From: Elusimicrobiota bacterium | Lineage (GTDB): Bacteria > CG03 > SLGR01 > JBDRKX01 | Assembly (NCBI GenBank): GCA_043813605.1 | Contig: JBDRKX010000017.1 | Coordinates: forward strand, 1-26,605 | Length of the DNA stretch: 26,605 nt | Direction: 5' to 3' | Part shown: positions 1 to 8,084 of the stretch, in pieces | Layout: every line of letters starts with the position of its first letter | Position numbering within the stretch: position 1 is the first letter of the stretch | Program-made: the position numbers and the translations under genes | The notes under the pieces: generated by a model | The model's input: only the letters and a program-made list of their open reading frames with translations | What the model was told of the DNA's origin: nothing | Database searches by the model: none

Positions 1-303
1 AGTTCCGTAATAATAACCGTGTACCATTTCCCACTCAAGCAGTTTATCTTCATTCATCAATGATCTGAATTCACTCTCATCCACAAAAAAATAGTCCCTG
101 CCGTCTACCTCGTTAGACCTGGGCGGCCTGCTTGTCACGGATATCGAATATACCATATTATCAATATCCTTCACAAGCATACTGCACAAAGTGGTCTTGC
201 CCGCTCCGGAAGGAGCGGATATCACAATGCACTTACCGCACTTTTTTTTTCCCGACAAGGGTCTTTTTCCTGTTTCTTTGATCATAGAGGTTGGAGATTT
301 CAT
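1..303 (-). CDS. gmk: Guanylate kinase, N-terminal part (runs off the window edge)
   Basis: Not in the ORF track; translated by hand: MKSPTSMIKETGKRPLSGKKKCGKCIVISAPSGAGKTTLCSMLVKDIDNMVYSISVTSRPPRSNEVDGRDYFFVDESEF...LLEWEMVHGYYYGT. It has the P-loop SAPSGAGKTT and the GK motifs SxTSRPPRxxEVDGRDYFF and HGYYYGT. Start is ATG 303 or ATG 285. Confidence 0.95.
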   Translation of the reverse strand, partial: MKSPTSMIKETGKRPLSGKKKCGKCIVISAPSGAGKTTLCSMLVKDIDNMVYSISVTSRPPRSNEVDGRDYFFVDESEFRSLMNEDKLLEWEMVHGYYYGT

Positions 304-321
304 CGAATTCTATAAATTGTA

Positions 322-350
322 ATTATAGCAGATTGTATTATAATTTACAA
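322..350 (-). promoter_or_regulatory. Putative sigma70-type promoter for gmk
   Basis: Minus strand reads TTGTAA (350-345), a 17-bp spacer, then TATAAT (327-322) preceded by TG-C, i.e. an extended -10 TGCTATAAT. It overlaps the end of rluD. Confidence 0.6.
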
Positions 351-1219
351 CCTAAGCCGGTTTTTATACATGTGAAATCCTGAGGTACCGGCGCTTCGTG
401 GTAAACGCGTTCCCCGCTTGCGGGGTCACGGAAAGAGATCTGACAGGCATGGAGCATCTGTCTCGGCGCCGGTATCGTTCCCTGTCCGTATTTTTTATCC
501 CCGACGACAGGATAACCATAATACGAAAAATGGACCCTTATCTGATGAGTCCTCCCGGTAAGAAGATATATCTCGACCAGGGTCGCGTTATTTAACTTTT
601 CCTTTACCCTGAACCGTGTAATCGATTTCCTCGCATCAGTCCAGCCCACACTCATTCTCGTGGGATCCTTAACAGACCGCTTTATGGGAACGCATATTTC
701 TCCCGCTTCTTCAGGGATAACACCTTCCACCAGGGCTGAATATACCTTTTTTACTTCCCTCGACTTGAACTGCCTCCTGAGATCCAGCGCACTTTTTTCA
801 TCAAGGGCTATTACCATTACGCCGGAAGTATCCTTGTCCAGGCGGTGAACAAGATGCGGATCAGGGAACCTGCCTAAAAGCCCGTTCAGCAAGGTTCCGC
901 TTTTGTTTCCCGGAGCGGGATGCACCACTATTCCGGGAGGTTTGTTTATAACTGCATATGAGTCAGCGGTATGTAATATTTCGAACTGTATATCCTGAGC
1001 CTCAAGTGTGCTTTTCTGTTTGTCCGGCAGATCTACCAATATACTGTCGCCCTCTATTACCCTGTAGTTACAGTTCTTAACCGTTTCATTTACATTCACT
1101 TGCCCGGCTTCGATCAGTTTTTTTACTCTTGACCTTGAAAATCCCAGCTCTTCTGCAAGGAACACATCAAGGCGGGAACGCTCCCCGGTACCCGCAACAA
1201 GTATCTTTTTTTCACCCAT
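338..1219 (-). CDS. rluD: RluA/RluD-family 23S rRNA pseudouridine synthase with N-terminal S4 domain
   Basis: S4 motif RLDVFLA..SRSRVKKLIEAGQV, INKPPGIVVHP, catalytic HRLDKDTSG, TGRTHQIRVH and GDKKYG. Start moved from the track's 1237 to ATG 1219, giving an 8-bp overlap with lgt. Confidence 0.9.
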   Translation of the reverse strand: MGEKKILVAGTGERSRLDVFLAEELGFSRSRVKKLIEAGQVNVNETVKNCNYRVIEGDSILVDLPDKQKSTLEAQDIQFEILHTADSYAVINKPPGIVVHPAPGNKSGTLLNGLLGRFPDPHLVHRLDKDTSGVMVIALDEKSALDLRRQFKSREVKKVYSALVEGVIPEEAGEICVPIKRSVKDPTRMSVGWTDARKSITRFRVKEKLNNATLVEIYLLTGRTHQIRVHFSYYGYPVVGDKKYGQGTIPAPRQMLHACQISFRDPASGERVYHEAPVPQDFTCIKTGLGCKL

Positions 1220-1982
1220 TCTTTCCAGTCCGGACACCTTTCTTCATCAGGTAGATACCCGCTGCTATGCAGAGCAGCGCGAGCCATTGTGTCATTGTCA
1301 GTCCTGTCAGCGTGGTTCCCCTGTAATCACCTCTCAGGAATTCTATCAGTACCCTGAATATGCCGTAGGCTGTCAGGTAGAGTGAAAAAACACCTGAATT
1401 CGGAGTCTTACCATCTTTAAGTTTCAGGTAAAGGACCGCTGACAGTATAAACATGAAAACCGATGAATATATCTGTGTCGGATGCAGGGGAACATCAAGC
1501 GGATATGCCAGTGATCGGGGATCGCTGAATTTTATGCCTGTAAAGAGATCCGTCGGTTTACCGTAACAGCAGCCGGCAAAAAAGCATCCTATTCTTCCGA
1601 CAGCATGACCGAGAGCGATACCGGGTGCAAGGACATCTACCACGCTCCACAGTTCATATCCCGACCTATGCGAACTATAGAGTATCCATAACGCGCTCCC
1701 TATGAAACTGCCCGCGAAAACCAGCCCTCCCTCCCAGAACATCAGTATCCTCAAAGGAGTATGAATATACTCATTAAATGACAATATGACATAGGCTGCC
1801 CGCGCACCTGCCAGTCCGCATACGACAATTCCGGTAAATATCTGGTTTATATATTCAGCAGGAAGCGATCTGTAACGGGCGTTTTTAAGTGATACCTGGA
1901 AACCCGCGATTATACCTGCGGCTACAAAAAATCCGTAAGTATGCAATGTCACCCATTTAAACGATAATATTTCCGGATACAT
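1212..1982 (-). CDS. lgt: Prolipoprotein diacylglyceryl transferase
   Basis: Multi-TM protein with MYPxL..HTYG, GARAAYV, WEGGLVF, GRIGCFFAGCCYG, HPTQIY and RxLIEFLRGD. Adjacent to lspA. Confidence 0.93.
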   Translation of the reverse strand: MYPEILSFKWVTLHTYGFFVAAGIIAGFQVSLKNARYRSLPAEYINQIFTGIVVCGLAGARAAYVILSFNEYIHTPLRILMFWEGGLVFAGSFIGSALWILYSSHRSGYELWSVVDVLAPGIALGHAVGRIGCFFAGCCYGKPTDLFTGIKFSDPRSLAYPLDVPLHPTQIYSSVFMFILSAVLYLKLKDGKTPNSGVFSLYLTAYGIFRVLIEFLRGDYRGTTLTGLTMTQWLALLCIAAGIYLMKKGVRTGKNG

Positions 1983-2437
1983 TATGACAGATTAACTTTC
2001 TTTTTTTTGCCGACTATATCAAAAAAGACGGTCGCGGCTATCAGGAATGCACCGACGGTAATAGCGCTGTCGGCTATATTGAAGACAGGCCATACCTTGA
2101 AATCGATGTAATCGATTACCCCGGAATAAAAATACCTGTCCCACAGATTAGAGATCGCGCCGCCGAGTATAAGACCATATGCAGTATACTCCAGTCCCTT
2201 GGTCCTCTTGCTTAGAACAAGTACTATTATAAGGATGACTATCACTCCCAGGTTCACCAATGTAAGCAGGCTGTTATTCCCGGTAAAAAGGCTGAAGGCT
2301 ATACCGGTGTTATGCAGATAAGTTATATTGAGAAAAGGCAGCAGTCTTACAGATTCGCCGTAATCCAGGTTCACTGAAACGAGAAGTTTGAGCAGCCGGT
2401 CCAGTATGAAAACTGTGAAACTCAGGTAGTATATCAT
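1982..2437 (-). CDS. lspA: Lipoprotein signal peptidase II
   Basis: Motifs NTGIAFS, GGAISNLWDR, VIDYI and WPVFNIADSAI. Directly downstream of ileS with an ATGA overlap. Confidence 0.95.
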   Translation of the reverse strand: MIYYLSFTVFILDRLLKLLVSVNLDYGESVRLLPFLNITYLHNTGIAFSLFTGNNSLLTLVNLGVIVILIIVLVLSKRTKGLEYTAYGLILGGAISNLWDRYFYSGVIDYIDFKVWPVFNIADSAITVGAFLIAATVFFDIVGKKKKVNLS

Positions 2438-5223
2438 TCATCCTGAATACCGGCGACTATGCCGGTACACCTGCCGCAAAGATCAGGGTGTCCCCTGTCT
2501 GCTCCGTTATCTTCACTTACCAGCCAGCAACGGACACATTTCTTACCCTCAGCTTTTTTTATCCGAATAGTTAAACTGCCGGACAAGAAGTTTATCGCAT
2601 CTTCACCGGGAGCGCCCTTCCTGATAACTACATTGCTTACTATCAGGTATTCCTTCCAGTTATCTTCGTTTTTCTTCAAAAATTCCAGCACGCTCTTATC
2701 TTCGGATACGATCTCCACCTGCGATTCCAGAGGGTCTTTTACCAGTTCCTGTTCTTTGGCTAGCTCGATCTTCTTGAGCACAGCTGTCCTCAAGGCGACT
2801 ATATTGTCCCACAAAAGGGCATGTTCAGGATCGTTCCATCTTTCGTCGGGCCGGTCCATTTCCGCCAGGAATATGCTCTCAGGATATTCCCCTTCAGACA
2901 GCGGCTGTTCTTTTTTAAGTATCTGCCACGCTTCTTCAGCAGTATGACTCAGGATCGGGGACATGTATTTCAGGAGCATTTCCAGTATGATACTGAGGAC
3001 TGTCTGTGCCGAACGGCGTTCTATGGAATCCTTTGCCGACACATATAACCGGTCCTTGAGGATGTTAAAATAGAATGACGAAAGCCATATGTTGCAGAAA
3101 TCATGGAGCATCCTTGTGCTCTTGAAAAACAGGCAGTTCTCGTAATTTTCACTTACGCCGCTGATGGTCTCATACAGTTTATGCAGTATATACCTGTCGA
3201 TAGATGTCATATTTTCATACGGGACCCTGTTCTTGTCGGTAAAGTCGCTGTTGTTGCCGAGTATAAAACGTATCGTGTTTCTTATCCTGCGGTAATATAC
3301 TACTATCTGCTCCAGTATTTCCCGGGATATCTTGATGTCTTTAAAATAGTTTTCGCTTGCAACCCACAGCCGGAGCAGGTCTGCCCCGTATTCCTTTACG
3401 ACTTCCTGGGGACTCACGACGTTCCCAACGGACTTTGACATCTTCTTACCTTCGGCATCGACTATAAACCCGTGTGTAAAAACACTTTTGTACGGCGGGA
3501 TATTCCTTACAGCCACAGCCGGTATCATCGATGTCTGGAACCATCCCCTGTGCTGGTCAGACCCTTCGAGGTACATGTCAGCCGGCCATTGATGGTTCTC
3601 ACGGGTCTCCAGAACTGCAAAATTGCTTACTCCCGAATCAAACCATACATCCAGGATATCCGACTCTTTTCTGAAATCATCTGATCCGCATGAACACCTT
3701 ATTCCGTCACCCAGTATCTCACCGGCAGAATACTTGAACCAGCCGTCTGAACCGTGTTCCTTGACGAATTTCTGAACACTGTTCAGGCTTTCTTCGGTAG
3801 CAAGTATCCCGCCGCAAGAACTGCAGTAAAATACGGGTACCGGTACTCCCCATAATCTCTGCCTTGAAAGGCACCAGTCCGGACGGTTCTGGATCATGGC
3901 AGTTATCCTTTTTGCCGCCGATTCGGGAAACCATTTTACATCAGGGATCTTCTTCAGGATCTCGCCGCGGAGTCCGTTATGATCGACCTTCATAAACCAT
4001 TGTTCTGTTGCCCTGAATATCACCGGTTTTTTACATCTCCAGCAGTGCGGATAGGAATGGACCACGGCCTCACTGCCGAAAAGAAGGCCCTTGTCTTTCA
4101 GCATTTCGAGAATGACCGGATCACTTTCAAAAACGCCCTTACCTGTTATCTCACTGATCCCGGCTTTATCGGTGAACCTTCCTTTATCATCCACCGGTGA
4201 CAGGATGGGAAGAGAGTATTTCTTTCCGGCAAGGTAATCCTCTTCTCCATGACCCGGAGCTATATGGACTATTCCCGTGCCGTCTTCAAGAGTGACAAAG
4301 TCTCCGAGTATCCCTCCTGATCTCCTGTCAGAAAACGGGGGCAGGAATTCTTTTCCCTCAAGATCGCGGCCCTTTACTGTACCCGCCGGACTGTATTCGG
4401 GATAACTGGACGCAAACTCCTCAGCCACTATCAGGTATTCCGTGCCGTTTCCTATATAGGAATATTTGTGATCCGGGTGAAAACAGAGCGCCACATTTGA
4501 AGGAAGCGTCCAGGGAGTAGTTGTCCACACAAGAGCATATACCTTACTGCCTTTTTCTATAAAATCCGGCACTGCCGATACCATCTCGAACCTCACAAAG
4601 ACCGACGGGGAACTTATGTCGGCATACTCGACTTCGGCTTCCGCCAGCGCGGTATTACAGGAACCGCACCAGTAGACCGGTTTCAGTTCGCGGGTAATGA
4701 AACCGCGAAGAAAAAGTTCTTTAAAAATCTCTATTATCTTCTCCTCGTATTCGCGGTGAAGTGTCAGGTACGGGTTTTCCCAGTCACCGAACAGTCCGAG
4801 CCTCATAAACTCTTTTCTCTGTATATCTACGAAATTGAGCGCATAATCAGCCGCTTTTTTCCTGAAATCCATTTTATCCGTTATCGTGCGGGTTCCCATC
4901 TTTTTCAGAAGTTCGAACTCGACAGGAAGCCCGTGGCAGTCCCAGCCCGGTATAAAAGGCGTATAATGACCGGTCATAGCCTTGTACTTTATGACTATAT
5001 CCTTGAGCACCCTGTTGAGAGAATGTCCCATATGTATATGGCCGTTTGCATAAGGCGGCCCGTCATGCAGAATAAATTTTTTCATGTCAGCATTTTTATC
5101 AAGAAGCGCTCTGAATACACCGGATTTCTTCCACATATCCTGTATACCCGGTTCCCTGCTGGAGAGATTCGCTTTCATGGAGAACTCGGTCCCGGGCAGG
5201 TTTAATGTCTTATTGTAGTTCAT
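2434..5223 (-). CDS. ileS: Isoleucyl-tRNA synthetase (bacterial type 1)
   Basis: HDGPPYANGHIHMGH (HIGH), GWDCHGLP, editing-domain WTTTPWTLP and GTGIVHIAPGHG, KMSKS, and C-terminal Zn finger CVRCW..CGRC. 929 aa. Confidence 0.98.
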   Translation of the reverse strand: MNYNKTLNLPGTEFSMKANLSSREPGIQDMWKKSGVFRALLDKNADMKKFILHDGPPYANGHIHMGHSLNRVLKDIVIKYKAMTGHYTPFIPGWDCHGLPVEFELLKKMGTRTITDKMDFRKKAADYALNFVDIQRKEFMRLGLFGDWENPYLTLHREYEEKIIEIFKELFLRGFITRELKPVYWCGSCNTALAEAEVEYADISSPSVFVRFEMVSAVPDFIEKGSKVYALVWTTTPWTLPSNVALCFHPDHKYSYIGNGTEYLIVAEEFASSYPEYSPAGTVKGRDLEGKEFLPPFSDRRSGGILGDFVTLEDGTGIVHIAPGHGEEDYLAGKKYSLPILSPVDDKGRFTDKAGISEITGKGVFESDPVILEMLKDKGLLFGSEAVVHSYPHCWRCKKPVIFRATEQWFMKVDHNGLRGEILKKIPDVKWFPESAAKRITAMIQNRPDWCLSRQRLWGVPVPVFYCSSCGGILATEESLNSVQKFVKEHGSDGWFKYSAGEILGDGIRCSCGSDDFRKESDILDVWFDSGVSNFAVLETRENHQWPADMYLEGSDQHRGWFQTSMIPAVAVRNIPPYKSVFTHGFIVDAEGKKMSKSVGNVVSPQEVVKEYGADLLRLWVASENYFKDIKISREILEQIVVYYRRIRNTIRFILGNNSDFTDKNRVPYENMTSIDRYILHKLYETISGVSENYENCLFFKSTRMLHDFCNIWLSSFYFNILKDRLYVSAKDSIERRSAQTVLSIILEMLLKYMSPILSHTAEEAWQILKKEQPLSEGEYPESIFLAEMDRPDERWNDPEHALLWDNIVALRTAVLKKIELAKEQELVKDPLESQVEIVSEDKSVLEFLKKNEDNWKEYLIVSNVVIRKGAPGEDAINFLSGSLTIRIKKAEGKKCVRCWLVSEDNGADRGHPDLCGRCTGIVAGIQDE

Positions 5224-6244
5224 CTGGTTTTGATATCACTCCTTTTTCTGTTATATATGCTGTGATCAATCTGTGCTCTGTTACATCGAATGCGGGGTTT
5301 ACCGCTTTGGTTCCTTCAGGGCATATCCGCTCTTTTCCCATATAAATAACTTCTTCAACATCACGGTCTTCTATTTCTATATCATCACCTGAAGGTGTAT
5401 TAAAATCAAATGTGGATCTGGGAGCAGCAACATAGAACGGCAGAGAGTTTTCTTTTGCCAGCACAGCCACCATATAGGTACCTATCTTATTTGCGACATC
5501 CCCGTTAGCCGCTATCCTGTCCGCGCCCACGATGGCTGCATCTATCTCTCCTTCTTTCATGAGCATGCCGGACATGTTATCGGTAATCAGGGTATACGGT
5601 ATGCCCGCTTCTTTCAGTTCAAAACACGTCAGTCTTGCTCCCTGCAGACGCGGCCTGGTCTCATCAGCATATACCATCCCTACAATGCCCTTTTCAAAAG
5701 CCGCGCGTATCACTCCGAGTGCCGTACCCCAGCCGCCGGTTGCCAGTGCACCGGCATTACAGTGTGTAAGTATGTTCAGCTTTCCTTTTTTTCCGGAGAG
5801 TTCTTCAAGCATTTGGGCTCCGTACCTGCCCATATCTATGTTCGCCTGTATCTCTGTTTCCTTGATATTGTCAGCAGCCCCGACAAGCCCAGCTATGATC
5901 TCATCAGTCTCTTTTTCTTCAAGACTTACATATTTTTCTTCCATCCTGTCGAGCGCCCACCTGAGGTTTACCGCAGTAGGCCTGGCGGCCTGGAGTTTGC
6001 TCTTCACCTCTCTCATATGGCCCGGCAGCAGGGATCTTTCCATATCAGCGGCTTCGATACACCCGAGGCAGTATCCGTAAGCCGCCGCGATACCGATGGC
6101 CGGGGCGCCTCTTACGGTCATATTGGTAATAGCATCCGCCGCTTCATCGGAATTTTCAATACTGACCTGCGAGACCTCTCCCGGTATTTTCCGCTGATCC
6201 AGAAGTAACAGTACATTATCCTTAAATAAGATTATGTCGAGCAT
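5210..6244 (-). CDS. mtnA: S-methyl-5-thioribose-1-phosphate isomerase (eIF2B-related family)
   Basis: LLDQR, VRGAPAIG, RPTAVNL, LTHCNAGALAT, ETRPRLQGARLT, VGADRIAANGDVANKIGTY and NPAFDVT. Confidence 0.92.
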   Translation of the reverse strand: MLDIILFKDNVLLLLDQRKIPGEVSQVSIENSDEAADAITNMTVRGAPAIGIAAAYGYCLGCIEAADMERSLLPGHMREVKSKLQAARPTAVNLRWALDRMEEKYVSLEEKETDEIIAGLVGAADNIKETEIQANIDMGRYGAQMLEELSGKKGKLNILTHCNAGALATGGWGTALGVIRAAFEKGIVGMVYADETRPRLQGARLTCFELKEAGIPYTLITDNMSGMLMKEGEIDAAIVGADRIAANGDVANKIGTYMVAVLAKENSLPFYVAAPRSTFDFNTPSGDDIEIEDRDVEEVIYMGKERICPEGTKAVNPAFDVTEHRLITAYITEKGVISKPDELQ

Positions 6245-6253
6245 GGATCCCTC

Positions 6254-6514
6254 TTAAATAGCAGTTATTCTGAATAAAGCCATAGTAAATATCGAGATCA
6301 CCATGGCTACAACCAGCTGGTTTATCTCGCCCTGGACCGGGAACAGCTTTTTCGTGTGTCTCGTGATCATCCTGGAAAAATCGGTTACAACCAAACTCAT
6401 TAAAACACCTCCGTTATCTTTTCCCGATACTATCATGCATATGCGTATAGCAATAACTAATGAGCAGAGCATAATAAGACTGCTTAAGGAATAGGCTATT
6501 GCACCGAATATCAT
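6254..6514 (-). CDS. Small two-TM membrane protein, possibly a divergent YggT/YlmG family member
   Basis: 86 aa with two hydrophobic segments flanking a basic amphipathic stretch ending KKLFP..G. ATGA overlap with the proC stop, AAGGAG upstream, and the position after proC is typical of yggT. Canonical YggT residues are poorly matched. Confidence 0.5.
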   Translation of the reverse strand: MIFGAIAYSLSSLIMLCSLVIAIRICMIVSGKDNGGVLMSLVVTDFSRMITRHTKKLFPVQGEINQLVVAMVISIFTMALFRITAI

Positions 6515-7386
6515 TTCTCTTCTTCTCCTTTTCCGAAAAGTTTTTTTCCAGAAAGTTTTTCCCCGGAAAGTTTTTCCCCGGAAAGTTCACGCGATCTTTC
6601 ACAGGCTTTCCTGAGTGCATTATAAAATATCTCGTCAAAAGAGTTCTCAGAAAGATAGTTCAATGCGGCTTCAGTGGTACCGCCCGGAGAAGTAACATCT
6701 TCCTTCAGCTCTTTAAACGGTTTACCGCTCATCTTCATCATCTGTCCCGACCCCCTGACTGTCTGATATATCAGACGGCGTATGTCTTCGGTACCCTCGA
6801 TCCCGCTGTCCCTGGCAAATCTTTCCATTACTTCCGCGATGTAGAAGAAATATGCCGGGCCGGAACCGGAAAGAGCGGTTACAGCATCCATGAGTTCTTC
6901 ATTTACATGCACCTTTTCACCCAGAGCGTCTATTATCGAGTCTATAAGCCGGATATCATCTTTCCCGGCATCACGGTCTTCTTCCGATATCACGACACCT
7001 GTCAACCCTTCACCAAAGAGCAGAGGCGTATTAGGCATCAACCTTACGATCCTTGCCGAACTTTCGGGTAATGATCTCTTTATATACGCGCTCCTGATAC
7101 CGGCTGCAATACTTATTATCCAGACAGGAGAGGAGACGCCCTTTATGATGGCCGAGAGTTCAGACAGCACCTTATCTATATCCTGAGGTTTAACGGCTAT
7201 TACATATATATCACTCGGGCCGGCTTCACTTATGCTGTCATAGATAGTACTTCCGGCAAGCTCACTTTTTCGTGAATAGTCTTTTTCCACGCCCCGGACA
7301 TCATACTGCCCCCCGGCTTCCATGATGGAAAGTAAAGCATAACCCATCTTTCCGCATCCTATAATTGTTATTCTTTTTTTATTCAT
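6511..7386 (-). CDS. proC: Pyrroline-5-carboxylate reductase
   Basis: Rossmann IIGCGKMG, IAVKPQ, ISIAAGI, RLMPNTP, TALSGSGPAY and VTSPGGTT. The family-like end ERSRELS is followed by a repeat-derived tail. Confidence 0.95.
   Translation of the reverse strand: MNKKRITIIGCGKMGYALLSIMEAGGQYDVRGVEKDYSRKSELAGSTIYDSISEAGPSDIYVIAVKPQDIDKVLSELSAIIKGVSSPVWIISIAAGIRSAYIKRSLPESSARIVRLMPNTPLLFGEGLTGVVISEEDRDAGKDDIRLIDSIIDALGEKVHVNEELMDAVTALSGSGPAYFFYIAEVMERFARDSGIEGTEDIRRLIYQTVRGSGQMMKMSGKPFKELKEDVTSPGGTTEAALNYLSENSFDEIFYNALRKACERSRELSGEKLSGEKLSGKKLFGKGEEEK
6528..6587 (-). repeat. 4 x 15-bp tandem repeat in the proC 3' end
   Basis: Minus-strand units: AACTTTCCGGGGAAA (6587-6573), AACTTTCCGGGGAAA (6572-6558), AACTTTCTGGAAAAA (6557-6543) and AACTTTTCGGAAAAG (6542-6528). 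Confidence 0.93.
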
Positions 7387-7397
7387 AGTCTATGAAT
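7381..7397. repeat. 17-bp palindrome over the proC start codon
   Basis: ATTCATAG-T-CTATGAAT: perfect 8-bp arms at 7381-7388 and 7390-7397. Confidence 0.75.
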
Positions 7398-7423
7398 TAT
7401 AATAACTTAACGCTGAATTGCAA
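7396..7423 (-). promoter_or_regulatory. Putative internal sigma70-type promoter for proC and downstream genes
   Basis: Minus strand reads TTGCAA (7423-7418), a 16-bp spacer, then TATAAT (7401-7396), ending 9 nt before the proC ATG. No SD sequence is visible. Confidence 0.45.
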
Positions 7424-8084
7424 ATGCGACCATTCTTTCCGAGTCACCTTTGCGGTGGGAATAGTATTTCATGTTTTCAAAAGTACATTCACCGTCTTCC
7501 TTTGCCGGGATTATAGAAGCGCTGTTAACCCCTTTTTCCATCAGCTGTATACTCAGAGCTTCAAAGAGATCCGCAAAGCTTCCCCGGCAAGCCGCAGCCG
7601 GCAGTCTCTCAGCCACTTCAGCGCCTATCCTGAAACAATCACCGCAGATATACGGCCCGGCTATGTAGGTTATGTCTTTCAGTAACAGGCCTTTAGATTC
7701 TATCATACGCACGGATTCAGAGCCGATCCCGGATGATATGCCCCGCCATCCGGCATGGAACATACCCAGAAGATCATCCTTGTGAAGTATTATCACCGGC
7801 ATACAGTCCGCTACTCTTACACCCAGAAGACACCCGGCAGGATCACCTGTGAACAGCATACCGTCCGTACCGGATAAAAGATTACCGGCAGGATTCCCTT
7901 CTGACGGAGCAGACAGTTCCCGTATAACGGGTCCGTGTACCTGTGACATCAGAAATATTTTTTCACGTCTTACTGAAAAAACTTCGGAAAGGTAATTGAA
8001 AGCTTCACAGGAATCTCTAAGGTCTTTTCCCTTCAGCGTTATCCCTGCAGTTACTTTTCCGGTCGGAAGATCGAAATATTCTAT
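7407..8084 (-). CDS. pgeF: PgeF/YfiH/YlmD family protein (peptidoglycan editing factor / purine nucleoside phosphorylase)
   Basis: His-Cys-His triad motifs QVHG, VADCMP and HAGWRG, plus DGMLFT, GPYICGDCF and YYSHR..ERM. The track ORF (7949) starts only two residues before QVHG, but the frame stays open upstream to 8141. The start at ATA 8084 is inferred (225 aa). Confidence 0.85.
   Translation of the reverse strand: MEYFDLPTGKVTAGITLKGKDLRDSCEAFNYLSEVFSVRREKIFLMSQVHGPVIRELSAPSEGNPAGNLLSGTDGMLFTGDPAGCLLGVRVADCMPVIILHKDDLLGMFHAGWRGISSGIGSESVRMIESKGLLLKDITYIAGPYICGDCFRIGAEVAERLPAAACRGSFADLFEALSIQLMEKGVNSASIIPAKEDGECTFENMKYYSHRKGDSERMVAFAIQR

Noticed and set aside
5224..5500. T-box leader upstream of ileS
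   Set aside because: ileS overlaps mtnA by 14 bp, so there is no leader space, and I saw no T-box motif or terminator.
5210..6244. Annotation as translation initiation factor eIF-2B subunit
   Set aside because: Same fold family, but the LDQR, VRGAPAIG, HCNAG and ETRPxxQG motifs in a bacterial gene fit MtnA-type isomerases.
6528..6587. Tandem repeat considered as a mini-CRISPR or IS end
   Set aside because: The units are 15 bp, directly abutting with no spacers and in frame within proC. No cas or transposase gene is nearby.
6414..6638. 74-aa minus-strand ORF with NFPGK repeats, and the plus-strand 6499-7071 ORF with KFFPG repeats
   Set aside because: These are alternative-frame readings of the 15-bp repeat overlapping proC and the yggT-like gene, with no independent support.
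7950..8083. Apparent 134-bp intergenic region considered as an sRNA or riboswitch
   Set aside because: It is an open frame continuous with pgeF and fits the missing N-terminus. I saw no convincing RNA structure or terminator.
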